Below are positions 20,119 through 31,100 of a DNA stretch of 63,067 nt, piece by piece. The stretch lies in contig JAHEKH010000004.1 in NCBI GenBank assembly GCA_024638445.1, forward strand, positions 1 through 63,067. Reading direction: 5' to 3'. The translations under genes and the position numbers were made by a program. This stretch comes from Gammaproteobacteria bacterium (lineage in GTDB: Bacteria; Pseudomonadota; Gammaproteobacteria; Steroidobacterales; JABDKV01). The notes below the pieces were generated by a model. It worked only from the letters and a program-made list of their open reading frames with translations. It was not told where the DNA came from and ran no database searches. Numbering within the stretch: the stretch's first letter is position 1; each line of letters begins with the position of its first letter.

Positions 20119-21330
20119 ATGCCAATTCGCCTCGCAGTCCTGCTCACCGTAGTCCTGGCCGCCACCGCCTGTGGGCCACGCGATACTGCGCCTTATCCGA
20201 AATACCAGGAAGAGGCGCAACGGCTGGCACAGCGGCTGCTGATCGTCGATACCCATATCGACGTGCCGTACCGGCTGCAGGAGAAATTCGAAGACATTTC
20301 CGGCGAAACCGACGGCGGCGACTTCGATTACCCACGGGCGATGCGCGGCGGCCTTAACCTGCCTTTCATGTCGATTTATATCCCGGCCAGCTATGAACGG
20401 GACGGCGGCGCCAAAGAGCTGGCCGACGAGTTGATCGACATGATGGAGGACCTGGAGCGCCGTGCGCCGGCCAGGTTTACGGTCGTAACCGATACACTCG
20501 AAGCCGAAACGCTGCTCACCGAGGGCAAGATCGGTCTGGCTTTCGGCATGGAAAACGGCGCACCGATAGAGGGCAACCTCGACAACCTCGGCCACTTTTA
20601 CCGTCGCGGTATCCGCTACATCACGCTGACCCATTCGAAGGCCAACCACATCAGCGATTCGTCATACGACGAAGAGCGGCCATGGGGTGGTCTGAGCCCG
20701 TTCGGCCGCACCCTGGTCAAGGCGATGAACGAGATGGGCGTCATGGTGGACGTCTCTCACGTGTCGGATGAGGCGTTTTACGACATCATTGGGGTTACCG
20801 CCGTGCCGGTTATTGCCAGTCACTCCTCGGTGCGCAAGTTCACACCCGGCTGGGAGCGCAACATGGACGACGACATGATCGTGGCGCTGGCCGATAACGG
20901 CGGCGTGATCCAGATCAATTTCGGATCGTCATTTATCAACAAGCGTTCGCACGCGTGGCTGATCGAGCGCGGCAAAAAGCGCGACGCGTATCTCGACGAG
21001 CATAACTTTTTGCCCGACGGCGACGAGGCCAGCGCCTTCAACGACCAGTACCTTGAAGACAATCCCTACCCATTCGCCCATCTCGACGATGTTCTGGACA
21101 ACATCGACCACGTCGTCGACCTGGTCGGCGTCGAGCACGTCGGGATTGGATCAGACTATGACGGTGTCGGCGACAGCCTGCCGGTCGGGTTGAAAGACGT
21201 TGCCGCCTATCCCAACCTGATCGCGGGACTGCTCGACCGTGGATACAGCGAAGAAGATATCGAAAAAATTCTTTCCGGCAATCTCATGCGCGTATGGCGC
21301 ACCGTCGAGGCTTACGCCGCCACGCACTGA
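20119..21330 (+). CDS. membrane dipeptidase (M19), lipoprotein
   Basis: ATAC lipobox; DTHID, GMEN, TLTH, DVSH, SHS, GSDYDG. Confidence 0.92.
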   Translation: MPIRLAVLLTVVLAATACGPRDTAPYPKYQEEAQRLAQRLLIVDTHIDVPYRLQEKFEDISGETDGGDFDYPRAMRGGLNLPFMSIYIPASYERDGGAKELADELIDMMEDLERRAPARFTVVTDTLEAETLLTEGKIGLAFGMENGAPIEGNLDNLGHFYRRGIRYITLTHSKANHISDSSYDEERPWGGLSPFGRTLVKAMNEMGVMVDVSHVSDEAFYDIIGVTAVPVIASHSSVRKFTPGWERNMDDDMIVALADNGGVIQINFGSSFINKRSHAWLIERGKKRDAYLDEHNFLPDGDEASAFNDQYLEDNPYPFAHLDDVLDNIDHVVDLVGVEHVGIGSDYDGVGDSLPVGLKDVAAYPNLIAGLLDRGYSEEDIEKILSGNLMRVWRTVEAYAATH

Positions 21331-21977
21331 GCCGGCAGCACGCCGCGAAGGAATGCGGCGATATCGTGAATCTCCTCCGGGCAAACCGCGTGCTCCATGG
21401 GATAGCTGTGCCACGTGACGTCATGACCTTTTTCCCGCAACAGGTCACGGGTACGTTCGCCACCCTCATGCGGAACGACCGGATCGCTCGAGCCGTGCGC
21501 CATGAAAACCGGCGTCTCGCGATTGGCCGGGGACTCGATATCCCGAAACGGCAGCCAGCAGGACAGGCCGATGAGACCGGCAAGGCGCTGGGGGTACGGC
21601 ACGCCGGTCAATAGCGCCATCGCACCACCCTGGGAGAAACCCGCAAGAACGATTGCGGACGAGTCGATACCGCGGGCGTTCTCGCGTTCGACCAGGGCGG
21701 TGACGGCACGGCTGCTTTCCGCCATGCCCTCGCGGTCGGGTGGCGTCTCGCGGGTGAGATCCAGGATGTCGAACCAGGCGCGCATCGGGAATCCGCCGTT
21801 CAACGTCACCGGGCGAACCAGGGCATGCGGAAAGACAAAACGGACGTCTTTGATACCGAGTTCCGGAACGATCGGGACAAAATCATTGCCATCCGCCCCG
21901 AGCCCGTGGAGCCAGATTACAGAGGCTGCAGGCTTCTCGCCGGTTGCGATTTCGACAGTTTCCAGTTCGACCGGCAT
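21312..21977 (-). CDS. carboxylesterase / phospholipase (abhydrolase_2)
   Basis: WLHGLGADG, MRAWFDI, GFSQGG, HGSSD, MEH. Confidence 0.93.
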   Translation of the reverse strand: MPVELETVEIATGEKPAASVIWLHGLGADGNDFVPIVPELGIKDVRFVFPHALVRPVTLNGGFPMRAWFDILDLTRETPPDREGMAESSRAVTALVERENARGIDSSAIVLAGFSQGGAMALLTGVPYPQRLAGLIGLSCWLPFRDIESPANRETPVFMAHGSSDPVVPHEGGERTRDLLREKGHDVTWHSYPMEHAVCPEEIHDIAAFLRGVLPAQCVAA

Positions 21978-22112
21978 ATGAATTCACCCGCTCCAAAGGC
22001 GCGCGATTGTAGCATCTCGTCACACATCCTTCGTTTGCTGGCCCCGGCGTCGCCACTCCCCTACAATCTGCGACCCGGCAAGCCGTGCGCGGGCCAACAC
22101 GGACAAACTGGC

Positions 22113-23108
22113 ATGAAGTATTTTCTCGATCTCGCCGGATTCAACGAACGGCAAATTTCCAACATCCTCGCGCTGGCTGGCCAGCTCGAAAACCAGCCCG
22201 ACCCGACGGCGCTGGCTGGTCGCATTGCTACCCTGTTGCTGATGGACCGGTCTTTTCACACGGTAGCGAGTTTCCAGGCGGCCATGAGCCGGCTCGGCGG
22301 CGAGTGCATCGTGCTGGAACCCGACCAGGGGCTGGAGACCGATCCCGAGACTCCAATGACCGGGACCCGCCACCACGCAATCGAGGTTCTCGACACCCTG
22401 GGCAGCTATTCCGACGTGATCGGCATACGTGCCCACGGCCCCTGCAACGATCTCGCGGCCGACCTGCGCGAAGAGTTGTTTCGTAAATTTGCAAAAGCCT
22501 GCCCGAAGCCGCTGATCAACCTCGGCTCGGCAATACATCATCCCTGCCAGGGACTGGCCGACCGCAAGACCCTCGATGACCTGTCGATCCCGGCACGCGG
22601 CGGACGCTTCGTGCTCAGCTGGGTGTACGACACGGAACCCCGGCCGCTCGCCGCCGCGGCTACCGCGCTGCACGTAGCGGCTTCGCGGGGCATGCGAGTC
22701 TCCATCCATTCGCCGCCCGGGTTCGAGCTGCCCGCGCCACTGGTGCAAAAGGCGCGCAATGTCGCGACCGAAGCCGGTGGTTCGGTGATCGAAACGCGCG
22801 ATCGCGACGCGGCGATGGATGCGGCCAACGTGGTTTACGGGGCGTCCTGGGGTGCAACCGGCAGCTATGGCGATAGCGATAAAGATGCGGAGCTGCGTTC
22901 ACGACTGAGCGACTGGTGTGTTGACGAACGGTGGTTTTCTCGGGCGACGGAGACCTGCGCCTACATGCAGACGCTGCCGCTGCGCCGTGAGATCTCGGTT
23001 ACCGCCGACGTGCTGGAAGGCCCGCGCGGCGTCGTGACCCGTCAGGCGGCCAACCGCGTGCCGATCCAGATGGCCATACTTCACCGAATGATTCACGGCC
23101 GCACGTGA
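22113..23108 (+). CDS. N-acetylornithine carbamoyltransferase (ArgF')-like protein with degenerate active site
   Basis: overall ATCase/OTCase layout; HPCQ retained; FVLSW and LPLRR like ArgF'; SxRT reads SFHT and HCLP reads QTLP. Confidence 0.75.
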   Translation: MKYFLDLAGFNERQISNILALAGQLENQPDPTALAGRIATLLLMDRSFHTVASFQAAMSRLGGECIVLEPDQGLETDPETPMTGTRHHAIEVLDTLGSYSDVIGIRAHGPCNDLAADLREELFRKFAKACPKPLINLGSAIHHPCQGLADRKTLDDLSIPARGGRFVLSWVYDTEPRPLAAAATALHVAASRGMRVSIHSPPGFELPAPLVQKARNVATEAGGSVIETRDRDAAMDAANVVYGASWGATGSYGDSDKDAELRSRLSDWCVDERWFSRATETCAYMQTLPLRREISVTADVLEGPRGVVTRQAANRVPIQMAILHRMIHGRT

Positions 23109-23545
23109 GCACCTGGTACGGCACACCCGATCTCGAAGAGATCCGGCAACAGGCAGGCGACACGCTGGTGCGCCACCTCGGCATCGAGATCATCGAGATC
23201 GGCGACGACTACCTGCGTGGCACGATGCCGGTCGATCATCGCACCCGCCAGCCCGTCGGCCTGCTGCATGGCGGCGCGTCGGTGGCGCTGGCCGAGACCC
23301 TCGGCAGCATCGGCGCCAATCTCACCCTCGACAACTCGCGACAGTATGCCGTGGGACTGGAAATCAACGCCAACCACCTGCGCGCCGTGCGTGACGGCGA
23401 GGTGACCGGCACGGCACGGCCGCTGCACCGCGGTCGCAGCACCCAGGTGTGGCAAATCGAGATCGACGACCCGGCCGGGCGCCCGGTTTGCGTCTCCCGG
23501 ATCACCCTCGCGGTGCTGGATCGTGCCGATCAGCCCGCGTGCTAA
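23105..23545 (+). CDS. hotdog-fold (PaaI/MenI-like) acyl-CoA thioesterase
   Basis: QPVGLLHGGASVALAETLGS, VGLEINANH. Confidence 0.92.
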   Translation: MSTWYGTPDLEEIRQQAGDTLVRHLGIEIIEIGDDYLRGTMPVDHRTRQPVGLLHGGASVALAETLGSIGANLTLDNSRQYAVGLEINANHLRAVRDGEVTGTARPLHRGRSTQVWQIEIDDPAGRPVCVSRITLAVLDRADQPAC

Positions 23546-23573
23546 GCTGCCGTTCCGGCAGGGGGATCATCAG

Positions 23574-23714
23574 TTGAATCGTTACTTTATTGCCATCGTT
23601 CTGGCAGCACTCCTCGGGCTGCAGGGTTGCGGACAGACCGGCGATCTTTATTGGCCGGAAGACGAACAGACTGAGGTCGATGACGAGAACAAGGACAAAA
23701 AGCCGCAAACCTGA
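23574..23714 (+). CDS. lptM: small lipoprotein LptM/YifL (LppL) family
   Basis: LQGCGQTGDLYWP matches the CGxKGxLYxP motif; canonical position before lysA. Confidence 0.8.
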   Translation: MNRYFIAIVLAALLGLQGCGQTGDLYWPEDEQTEVDDENKDKKPQT

Positions 23715-24975
23715 ACCCGTCTTTGGCTATCTTGATGGCGTCCTGTCGGCGGGCAGGTTCGCTCTGCCCGGTCTCGCCCGGGACTTTGGTACCCCGGCCT
23801 ATATCTATCTCGAAGACTCCCTGGTAGCGCATTACCGGGAATACGATCGCGCCTTCGGCAACCGGCCACACCTGGTGTGTTACGCGGTAAAGGCCAATCC
23901 GGCGCGGTCGGTGCTGGCCCCGCTGGCTGCAGCCGGCGCCGGTTTCGATATCGTGTCCGCCGGTGAGCTGGCCCAGGTACTCGCCGCCGGCGGGCAACCG
24001 GGCCGCATCGTGTTTTCCGGTGTCGGCAAGCGTGACGACGAGATCGAGGCCGCGCTCGATGCAAAGATACGCTGCTTCAACGTCGAGTCCGCTGCCGAGC
24101 TTCGCCAGGTCGACCGGCTCGCCCGGCGCCGGAATTGCGTCGCCCCGGTGGCTTTGCGGGTCAACCCGGACATTACCGCACAAACGCATCGGCACATCGC
24201 GACCGGCGGCGACAACCACAAGTTCGGCATTCCGCAGGGTCAGGTTCCCGGCCTGGCAACCGCGGCGACCGCGATGCACGGCATCTCGCTGGATGGCCTG
24301 GCCATGCACATCGGATCACAGATCACCGATCTCGGCCCGTTGATCGCCGCGGCCGGACGGTTGCGGCAGCTCGCGGCCGACCTGGCTACGATCGCCACGA
24401 TCCGGCACATCGACCTTGGCGGCGGCCTGGGGATCGGCCCGCGGGCGCCGGACCGCACGACCTACGTGAACGCGTTATGCGAGGTCTTTGCCGATACTGG
24501 TTTCGAACTGGCCATCGAGCCGGGTCGCTCGATCGTGGGCCCGGCAGGCGTGCTGCTCACCCGCGTAACGCGAATCAAGCATGGCTACGGACGCAGCTTC
24601 GCGATCTGCGATGCCGGCATGAACGATCTCCTGCGACCCGCGCTTTACGATGCCTATCATCAGATCCTGGTCGTCGACCAGACCAACCGGGCACCGTCCG
24701 CGACCTACGAGGTGGCCGGGCCGGTTTGCGAGACCGGCGATACGCTGGGCTCACGACGCCGTCTCGCGATCCGCGAGGGCAGCCTGCTGGCGATCATGGA
24801 TGCCGGCGCCTACGGCGCGACGATGAGCTCCCACTACAACAGCCGCCCGCGCTGCTGTGAGATAACGGTTGACGGCGAAGGTGCACGGCTGACGCGCCAG
24901 CGGGAGACCGTCGCAGAGCTCGGCCGCAACGAAGTCTTTATGAACCTGGAATCCCATGGCCAAGAAAAAAGCTGA
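23680..24975 (+). CDS. lysA: diaminopimelate decarboxylase
   Basis: YAVKAN, FDIVSAGE, HIGSQ, IEPGR, GPVCETGD, GAYG..MSSHYNSRP; start uncertain. Confidence 0.95.
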   Translation: MTRTRTKSRKPEPVFGYLDGVLSAGRFALPGLARDFGTPAYIYLEDSLVAHYREYDRAFGNRPHLVCYAVKANPARSVLAPLAAAGAGFDIVSAGELAQVLAAGGQPGRIVFSGVGKRDDEIEAALDAKIRCFNVESAAELRQVDRLARRRNCVAPVALRVNPDITAQTHRHIATGGDNHKFGIPQGQVPGLATAATAMHGISLDGLAMHIGSQITDLGPLIAAAGRLRQLAADLATIATIRHIDLGGGLGIGPRAPDRTTYVNALCEVFADTGFELAIEPGRSIVGPAGVLLTRVTRIKHGYGRSFAICDAGMNDLLRPALYDAYHQILVVDQTNRAPSATYEVAGPVCETGDTLGSRRRLAIREGSLLAIMDAGAYGATMSSHYNSRPRCCEITVDGEGARLTRQRETVAELGRNEVFMNLESHGQEKS

Positions 24976-27682
24976 TCAGCGTCCCTTTGTGCTCGTCGAC
25001 GGTTCGTCGTACCTGTACCGCGCGTTTCATGCGCTTCCGCCGCTGACCAGCGCGGCGGGCGAGCCGACCGGGGCGATACTCGGCGTGACCAACATGCTGC
25101 TCAAGCTGTTGCGCGAGTACGACCCCGAGTACGTCGCCGTGGTATTTGACGCCAAGGGCAAGACATTCCGCGACGAGCTGTATGCGGAATACAAGGCACA
25201 CCGTCCGCCCATGCCGGATGAACTGCGCCAGCAGCTCGAGCCACTCAAAGACATCGTGGAGGCGCTGGGGCTGCCGCTGGTGCAGATCAGCGGCGTCGAG
25301 GCTGACGACGTCATCGGCACGCTGGCCATCCAGGCGAAAGAATCCGGGATGGACACATTTGTTTCGACAATCGACAAGGACATGGCGCAGTTCGTAGCCC
25401 GCGGCATCACGCTGGTCGACACGATGTTCGACCGGGTGATGGACCGCGAAAAGGTGCGCGACAAGTTCGGTGTCGATCCCGAGCAGATCATCGACTACCT
25501 CGCGCTGGTCGGCGACAAGTCCGACAACATTCCCGGCGTGCCCGGGGTTGGTCCGAAAACCGCGTCCGGGCTGCTCAACCACTTTCGCGGCATCGACGAT
25601 ATCTATGCCGACCTCGACGAGGTGGCCAACGTCAAGGTGCGTGGCGCCGGCAAGCTTGGCGCAAAACTGGACAAGCACCGCGACGACGTCGCGTTGTCGC
25701 GCAAGCTGGCAACCATCGTCACTGACGTGGAACTGGAGCTCAAACCCAAAGAACTGGTGCGAAAACCGGCCGACGAAGACCGTCTGCGTGAAATCTACGA
25801 CCGGCTCGACCTGAACTCGCTGCTGCGGCAGCTGCCGAAGGCTGAAGACACTCCGCCGCCCTCCGAGTCAGTTGAAGGCAATTACGAGACAGTGCTGACC
25901 AGGGCCGTATTGAAGAAGATGCTCGCGGCCCTGAAGAAGGCAAAGCTGGTGGTCCTCGATACCGAGACCACCAGCCTCAACTACATGGATGCCCGGATTG
26001 TCGGTCTCAGCTTCAGCATCGCCAAAGGCGAAGCGTGGTATGTGCCCGTTGCGCATGACTATCCCGGCGCACCCAGACAGCTGGACCGTGACGACGTCCT
26101 GGAAGCCTTGCGCGATTTTCTCGAGGACGAGTCCATCGACAAGGCCGGGCATCACCTGAAGTACGACGCCCACGTGCTGATGAACCACGGGATTACGCTG
26201 GGCGGGATGCGTTACGACACCATGCTCGAGTCCTACGTGCTCAACAGCACGGCCGGCCGCCACGACATGGACTCGCTGGCCGCACGCTACCTCGAGCGTA
26301 AGACCATCAAGTACGAAGACGTTGCCGGCAAGGGCGCCAAACAGCTGAGCTTCAACCAGGTCGCGCTGGAGGAGGCCGCCCCCTATGCGGCCGAGGATGC
26401 CGACATCACTTTCCAGCTGCATCGAAAACTGTGGCCGCGACTCAAAGCCTTGCCGGCACTGTCGAAGCTTTACACGACGATCGAGCAGCCGCTGGTGCAT
26501 GTCCTGCAGGAGATGGAATACCGCGGCGTGCTGCTGGATACCGGCATGCTGGCGGAGATGAGCGAGGAATTTCGCGAGCGCATGGCCGACATCGAGCAAA
26601 GCGCTCACAAGGAGGCCGGCGCACCGTTCAACCTGGAATCGCCCAAGCAGCTCCAGGAAATCCTGTTCGAACGCCTGGGCCTGCCGGTTCTGCGGCGGAC
26701 GCCGAAACGCCAGCCGTCGACCGCCGAGGACGTCCTGCAGGAACTGGCGGCCGACTACCCCCTGCCCGGGCTGATTCTCCAGTACCGCAGCCTCAGCAAG
26801 CTGCGCTCGACCTACACCGAAAAGCTGCCGCTGCAGGTCAACGAGAAGACCGGGCGCGTGCACACCTCGTATCACCAGGCGGTAGCCGCGACAGGACGCC
26901 TGTCGTCGGCCGACCCCAATCTGCAGAACATCCCGATCCGCACCGAGGAAGGCCGGCGCATTCGCCAGGCCTTCGTGCCGCCGCGTGGCAGCATCCTGCT
27001 GGCCGCCGATTATTCGCAGATCGAGCTGCGCATCATGGCGCACCTGTCCGGCGATCCCGGTCTGGTCGACGCCTTCGAGCAGGACCGCGACGTTCACCAG
27101 GCGACCGCCGCGGAAGTCTTCGGAACGCCGCTCGACAAGGTCGACCCCGAACAGCGGCGTGCAGCGAAGGCGATCAATTTCGGGCTGATCTATGGCATGT
27201 CGGCTTTCGGTCTCGCGCGTCAGCTCGGGATTGGCCGGCGTGAAGCGCAGGAGTACGTTGACCTGTATTTCGAACGCTATCCCGGCGTGCGCCAGTACAT
27301 GGACGACACCCGCAGCCGTGCGCGTGAGCAGGGTTACGTCGAAACGGTGTTCGGCCGGCGGCTTTATCTCAACGACATCCAGTCACGCAACGCGCCCCGG
27401 CGCCAGTACGCCGAGCGCAGCGCCATCAATGCACCCATGCAGGGCACCGCCGCCGACATCATCAAGCGCGCGATGCTGACGGTGCACCGCTGGCTGGAAG
27501 ATTCCGGGTCCGGCGCCCGGCTGATCATGCAGGTCCACGATGAGCTGGTGCTCGAAGTGCCACGCAAGGCCGCCGGCGAGGTTCGCGACAACGTCGTCGA
27601 GCTGATGGCCGGCGCGGCAGAGCTCAAGGTTCCGCTCAAGGTCGACACCGGCACCGGCAAGAACTGGGACGAAGCTCACTAA
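24956..27682 (+). CDS. polA: DNA polymerase I
   Basis: LVDGSSYLYRAFHA 5'-exonuclease, DTETT 3'-5' exonuclease, ADYSQIELR, KAINFGLIYG, QVHDE. Confidence 0.99.
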   Translation: MAKKKADQRPFVLVDGSSYLYRAFHALPPLTSAAGEPTGAILGVTNMLLKLLREYDPEYVAVVFDAKGKTFRDELYAEYKAHRPPMPDELRQQLEPLKDIVEALGLPLVQISGVEADDVIGTLAIQAKESGMDTFVSTIDKDMAQFVARGITLVDTMFDRVMDREKVRDKFGVDPEQIIDYLALVGDKSDNIPGVPGVGPKTASGLLNHFRGIDDIYADLDEVANVKVRGAGKLGAKLDKHRDDVALSRKLATIVTDVELELKPKELVRKPADEDRLREIYDRLDLNSLLRQLPKAEDTPPPSESVEGNYETVLTRAVLKKMLAALKKAKLVVLDTETTSLNYMDARIVGLSFSIAKGEAWYVPVAHDYPGAPRQLDRDDVLEALRDFLEDESIDKAGHHLKYDAHVLMNHGITLGGMRYDTMLESYVLNSTAGRHDMDSLAARYLERKTIKYEDVAGKGAKQLSFNQVALEEAAPYAAEDADITFQLHRKLWPRLKALPALSKLYTTIEQPLVHVLQEMEYRGVLLDTGMLAEMSEEFRERMADIEQSAHKEAGAPFNLESPKQLQEILFERLGLPVLRRTPKRQPSTAEDVLQELAADYPLPGLILQYRSLSKLRSTYTEKLPLQVNEKTGRVHTSYHQAVAATGRLSSADPNLQNIPIRTEEGRRIRQAFVPPRGSILLAADYSQIELRIMAHLSGDPGLVDAFEQDRDVHQATAAEVFGTPLDKVDPEQRRAAKAINFGLIYGMSAFGLARQLGIGRREAQEYVDLYFERYPGVRQYMDDTRSRAREQGYVETVFGRRLYLNDIQSRNAPRRQYAERSAINAPMQGTAADIIKRAMLTVHRWLEDSGSGARLIMQVHDELVLEVPRKAAGEVRDNVVELMAGAAELKVPLKVDTGTGKNWDEAH

Positions 27683-27852
27683 CCCCCGGGGCTTCGATCC
27701 CGATCCCGGCCCCTCGCCAGGCCAGCCCGATTCACCCCAAAAAACCGCCTTTCAGATGGCGAATTCCGTAGAGAAATTCTGAATTATTAGCAAAAACAAT
27801 CGCTTATGTCTTCGTTGCGATGCGGAACTTCGCCCACAAGACAGCATCCAAC

Positions 27853-27858
27853 TATAAC
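27853..27858 (+). promoter_or_regulatory. candidate -10 element (TATAAC) for the post-polA sRNA
   Basis: TATAAC about 7 nt before the predicted 5' end of a structured RNA; -35 match is weak. Confidence 0.4.
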
Positions 27859-27864
27859 GAGCGC

Positions 27865-27982
27865 CATCAACGACGCTCGCCCGCTACCCTCCCTGAGCGG
27901 GCAAGCGCCCGGCCACCCCATGCCGGGCAACAAGCTGCCCCGGTGCTATCCCCTACGTTTAAGGCACCGGGGCTCTTTTTTT
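27865..27982 (+). ncRNA. sX13-like small RNA candidate (three stem-loops with C-rich loops, ends in intrinsic terminator)
   Basis: stems 27874-27907 (loop ACCCTCCCTG), 27907-27928 (loop CACCCCAT) and 27937-27973 (loop contains TCCCC), then TCTTTTTTT; lies downstream of polA, as do Spot 42, ErsA and sX13. Confidence 0.75.
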
Positions 27983-28105
27983 CCTGGTCCGCCGGGCACC
28001 CACCGCTGTTTCTTCAGCCGCTCTGGACCGCGTCCAGTCTCCGTCGACGAGCCGCATCGTCGTCTATGCTTTTTTGCAGGACGAGCCGATTGCAGGGAGG
28101 TCGAC

Positions 28106-31100
28106 ATGACACGCTCCGCACTGCCAGGGATAGTTGCGTTGGTTCTGCTTGGCACAGCCGCGCACGCCGATCACCCCAGTCCGTATCCGTGGACACTGTC
28201 TACCTCGGATTTCGATTACGACATTTTTTTTGATGCATCGAACCCCTACGATTGCTCCTCCGGGGACGATGTGCCGTCTAATGCCGACGGCAATTTCATT
28301 TCCGTCGCCACCGCACAATGGATGGCCAACGCGCTGGACCGTCAGGGCAATGCCGTGCCGGGCTTCCCCGACGGCTATCACCCCGGCTATGTGAATCTCG
28401 GCTTTAAGGCACCGGACTTCAACGGCGAGGATGACGAGGTGCTCGTGTACGACTGCGCGCCGCGCGAGGACGGGCCGCATGAAGACGACGACTGCGACAG
28501 CGGCCGTGCCACTTTTACGCGCATCATCATGCCGTCGACGCTTTTTTGCTCCTCGTCGGAGCGCAACGTGCGCCGGGTCATGGGCCACGAGCTGTGGCAC
28601 CACGTCGAGCAGGCCTACTCGGACAAGTTCGGCGAATGGGGGAAAGTGGCCTGGGAAGGTACCGCCCGCATGATGGAAGACCAGGTGTACGACGATATTG
28701 ACGGCGATGACACGCTGAGATTCGACAACGAGGTAAACGGCTACCTGGGTAATCCCAACCAGGAGTTCTGGCGCAGCTCTTATCGCTCCGCGCTGGGGTG
28801 GAAATACATGGCCGAGCAGTACGGCACGGTCACCACCGAGCCCCAGGTCGGCGTCGATTTCATCCGCCAGTTCTGGGAGAACGTCGAGGCAAACGACGAC
28901 ACACCGGATCTGCCGGGCACGATCGAGCAGACCATTCAGGACTTCTCACCCAACACCAGTCTGCGTGAGTGGTTTCACGATTTCACGACCGCCAATCTTG
29001 CCCAGCAGTATGATGCCAGCGGTCTGCCGGACGCCGACAAGTTCACCTATATCGACAACAACGACGGAAACGGCACTGCTTTCGCGCCGGTCGGCCGCAC
29101 GTGGACGGGCAGCATTTTCTCCGCCGACTCTGCCGTCTCGGCGGTCGTGCGTTGGGGAGCGTCTTACTATGAAGCCGAAGGGACGTGTATTCCCGGCTGG
29201 TTCATGGGCTACCGGGCGCGCAATGCTGACGACGCACGGCACGCGCTTGCCGCGGTAACGCTATCCGATGAGGTCGGGCGGCTGATACGGGGTGGTGGCG
29301 AGGAGTTTGCGGTCGCCTTCCTGCAGCCGGACCCACCACTGTACAACCGCCTGGTGGCCGGCATCACGGCAGGCGACGACCAGATCGCCTTCAGCTACGA
29401 GTTCGACTGCGGCCCGGGCAGCATCGATATCGCGCTGCCCACCAGCCTCTATCCGACCTTTGTCGGCCCGCCCGATGATCCCCGTAACCTGATCGTGCGG
29501 CTGCGGGTCAACGGCCCGGACGGGCTGGGCGGGGCCTCGGTCGTCGGCCTGCAGAAAGAGGACTTCCAGGTCTATGTCGGCACGCTCGGCAACCCGGCCG
29601 ATGAGGCACAGGTGGTCGGTGGACGCGACGTGCTCGGCGAGTACTGGATCACGGTCAAGCCACCGGCAAAGGGCAACACCAATACCTACGACTTGCACGT
29701 TTCCATGGGTGGCGGCGTGCTGAGCATCGACGACTCCAGCGCGAACTCGGTCAGCTATGAAGAGAAATTGCTGGACCAGGTACTGGTAATCGACCGCTCG
29801 GGCAGCATGATCGTGCCCGTCGATGCGACGAAGCTGGAGGCCGCACAGAATGCCGCCAGCCTGTTTGTCGATATCAGCGCGGAAACCGACCGCATCGGGC
29901 TGGTCAGCTTCAGCAGCAACGCGGTAACTGATGCCACCCTGTCCGACGCGACCGGCACGCACAAGGACACCGTCAAGACCAAGCTCGCGGCGCTTACCGC
30001 GGCCGGTGGCACGTCGATCGGTGACGGTCTGGACGAGGGTGCCGACCAGCTGTTCCTCAACGGCGTTGGCGCAGGCGAAGACTGGCTGGTGCTGCTGAGC
30101 GACGGCGTCGAAACCGACCAGCTGTTCTGGGACAACGTCCAGGCCGGCATCGTCGCCCAGGGCGTGCGGATCAACACGATCGCGCTCGGCGCCGATGCCG
30201 ACCAGGTCCTGCTGCAGGATATCGCCAACACCACCGGCGGACAGTTTTACTTCGTCGACGCCAACAGCTTCCGCGGCGGTAGCGCCAGCGTTGCCAACGA
30301 ACTGGCCGACGTCTATGCCTCGAACCTTGAGGCCATGCGCGGTCATGAACGGCTGTGGGAAGTCTCCGGCCACCTGTTGACGGAAACCTCATTCGACATC
30401 GAGATCGAGGGCGACGGTCTCTCCGACATCAACCTGTTTTTCAACTGGGAGGATGCCGACGACACGCTCGACGTGGAAATCCTGCGCCCCGACGGCACGC
30501 CGGTCACTGACGGATCGAATGGCGCGAGCGTGGTCCACGAGGCCACCCACGTGGTGACGCAGCTGCCGGTGATGACCGCCGGCACCTGGACCGTAAATCT
30601 CACCGCCGATACCGGCTCGCCGCGCTACATAGGCATTCTCTCCGGTCGCGACACCCAGGGGCCGGAGCTCACCGTCCAGTTTGCACAGAACGATGATGAC
30701 GTGTTCTCCGAGATCGTCGGCGGCTACTACCTGCGTGGATTGCCGCAGCCGATCACTGCCACCCTGATCGATGACACCGGGGCGGTGACCGGCGCGCGGG
30801 TGCTCGCCTCCATAGAGCACCCCGATGGCACCGTCATCGACCTGCGGCTGTCGGACGACGGACTGCATGGCGATGGCGCGGCCAACGACGGGATCTATGC
30901 CAACCGTTATACCCGCACGACGGCATTCAGCTTGCCCGATCAGCCCGATGCACCGGGCAGCGGCTCACGCGGCAGCTACAACGTCAGCGTGACCGCCGGT
31001 GGCACGGACAACAACCAGAACGTGTTCAACCGGATTCGCAAAGGCACTTTCCAGGTGCTCGAGCTCGACGGCCTGAAGCCGGGAGCCGACCCGTCGGACG

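Noticed and set aside
27806-28105. 100-aa N-terminal extension of the large protein
   Set aside because: It crosses a terminator and the sRNA candidate; the RBS and signal peptide point to ATG 28106.
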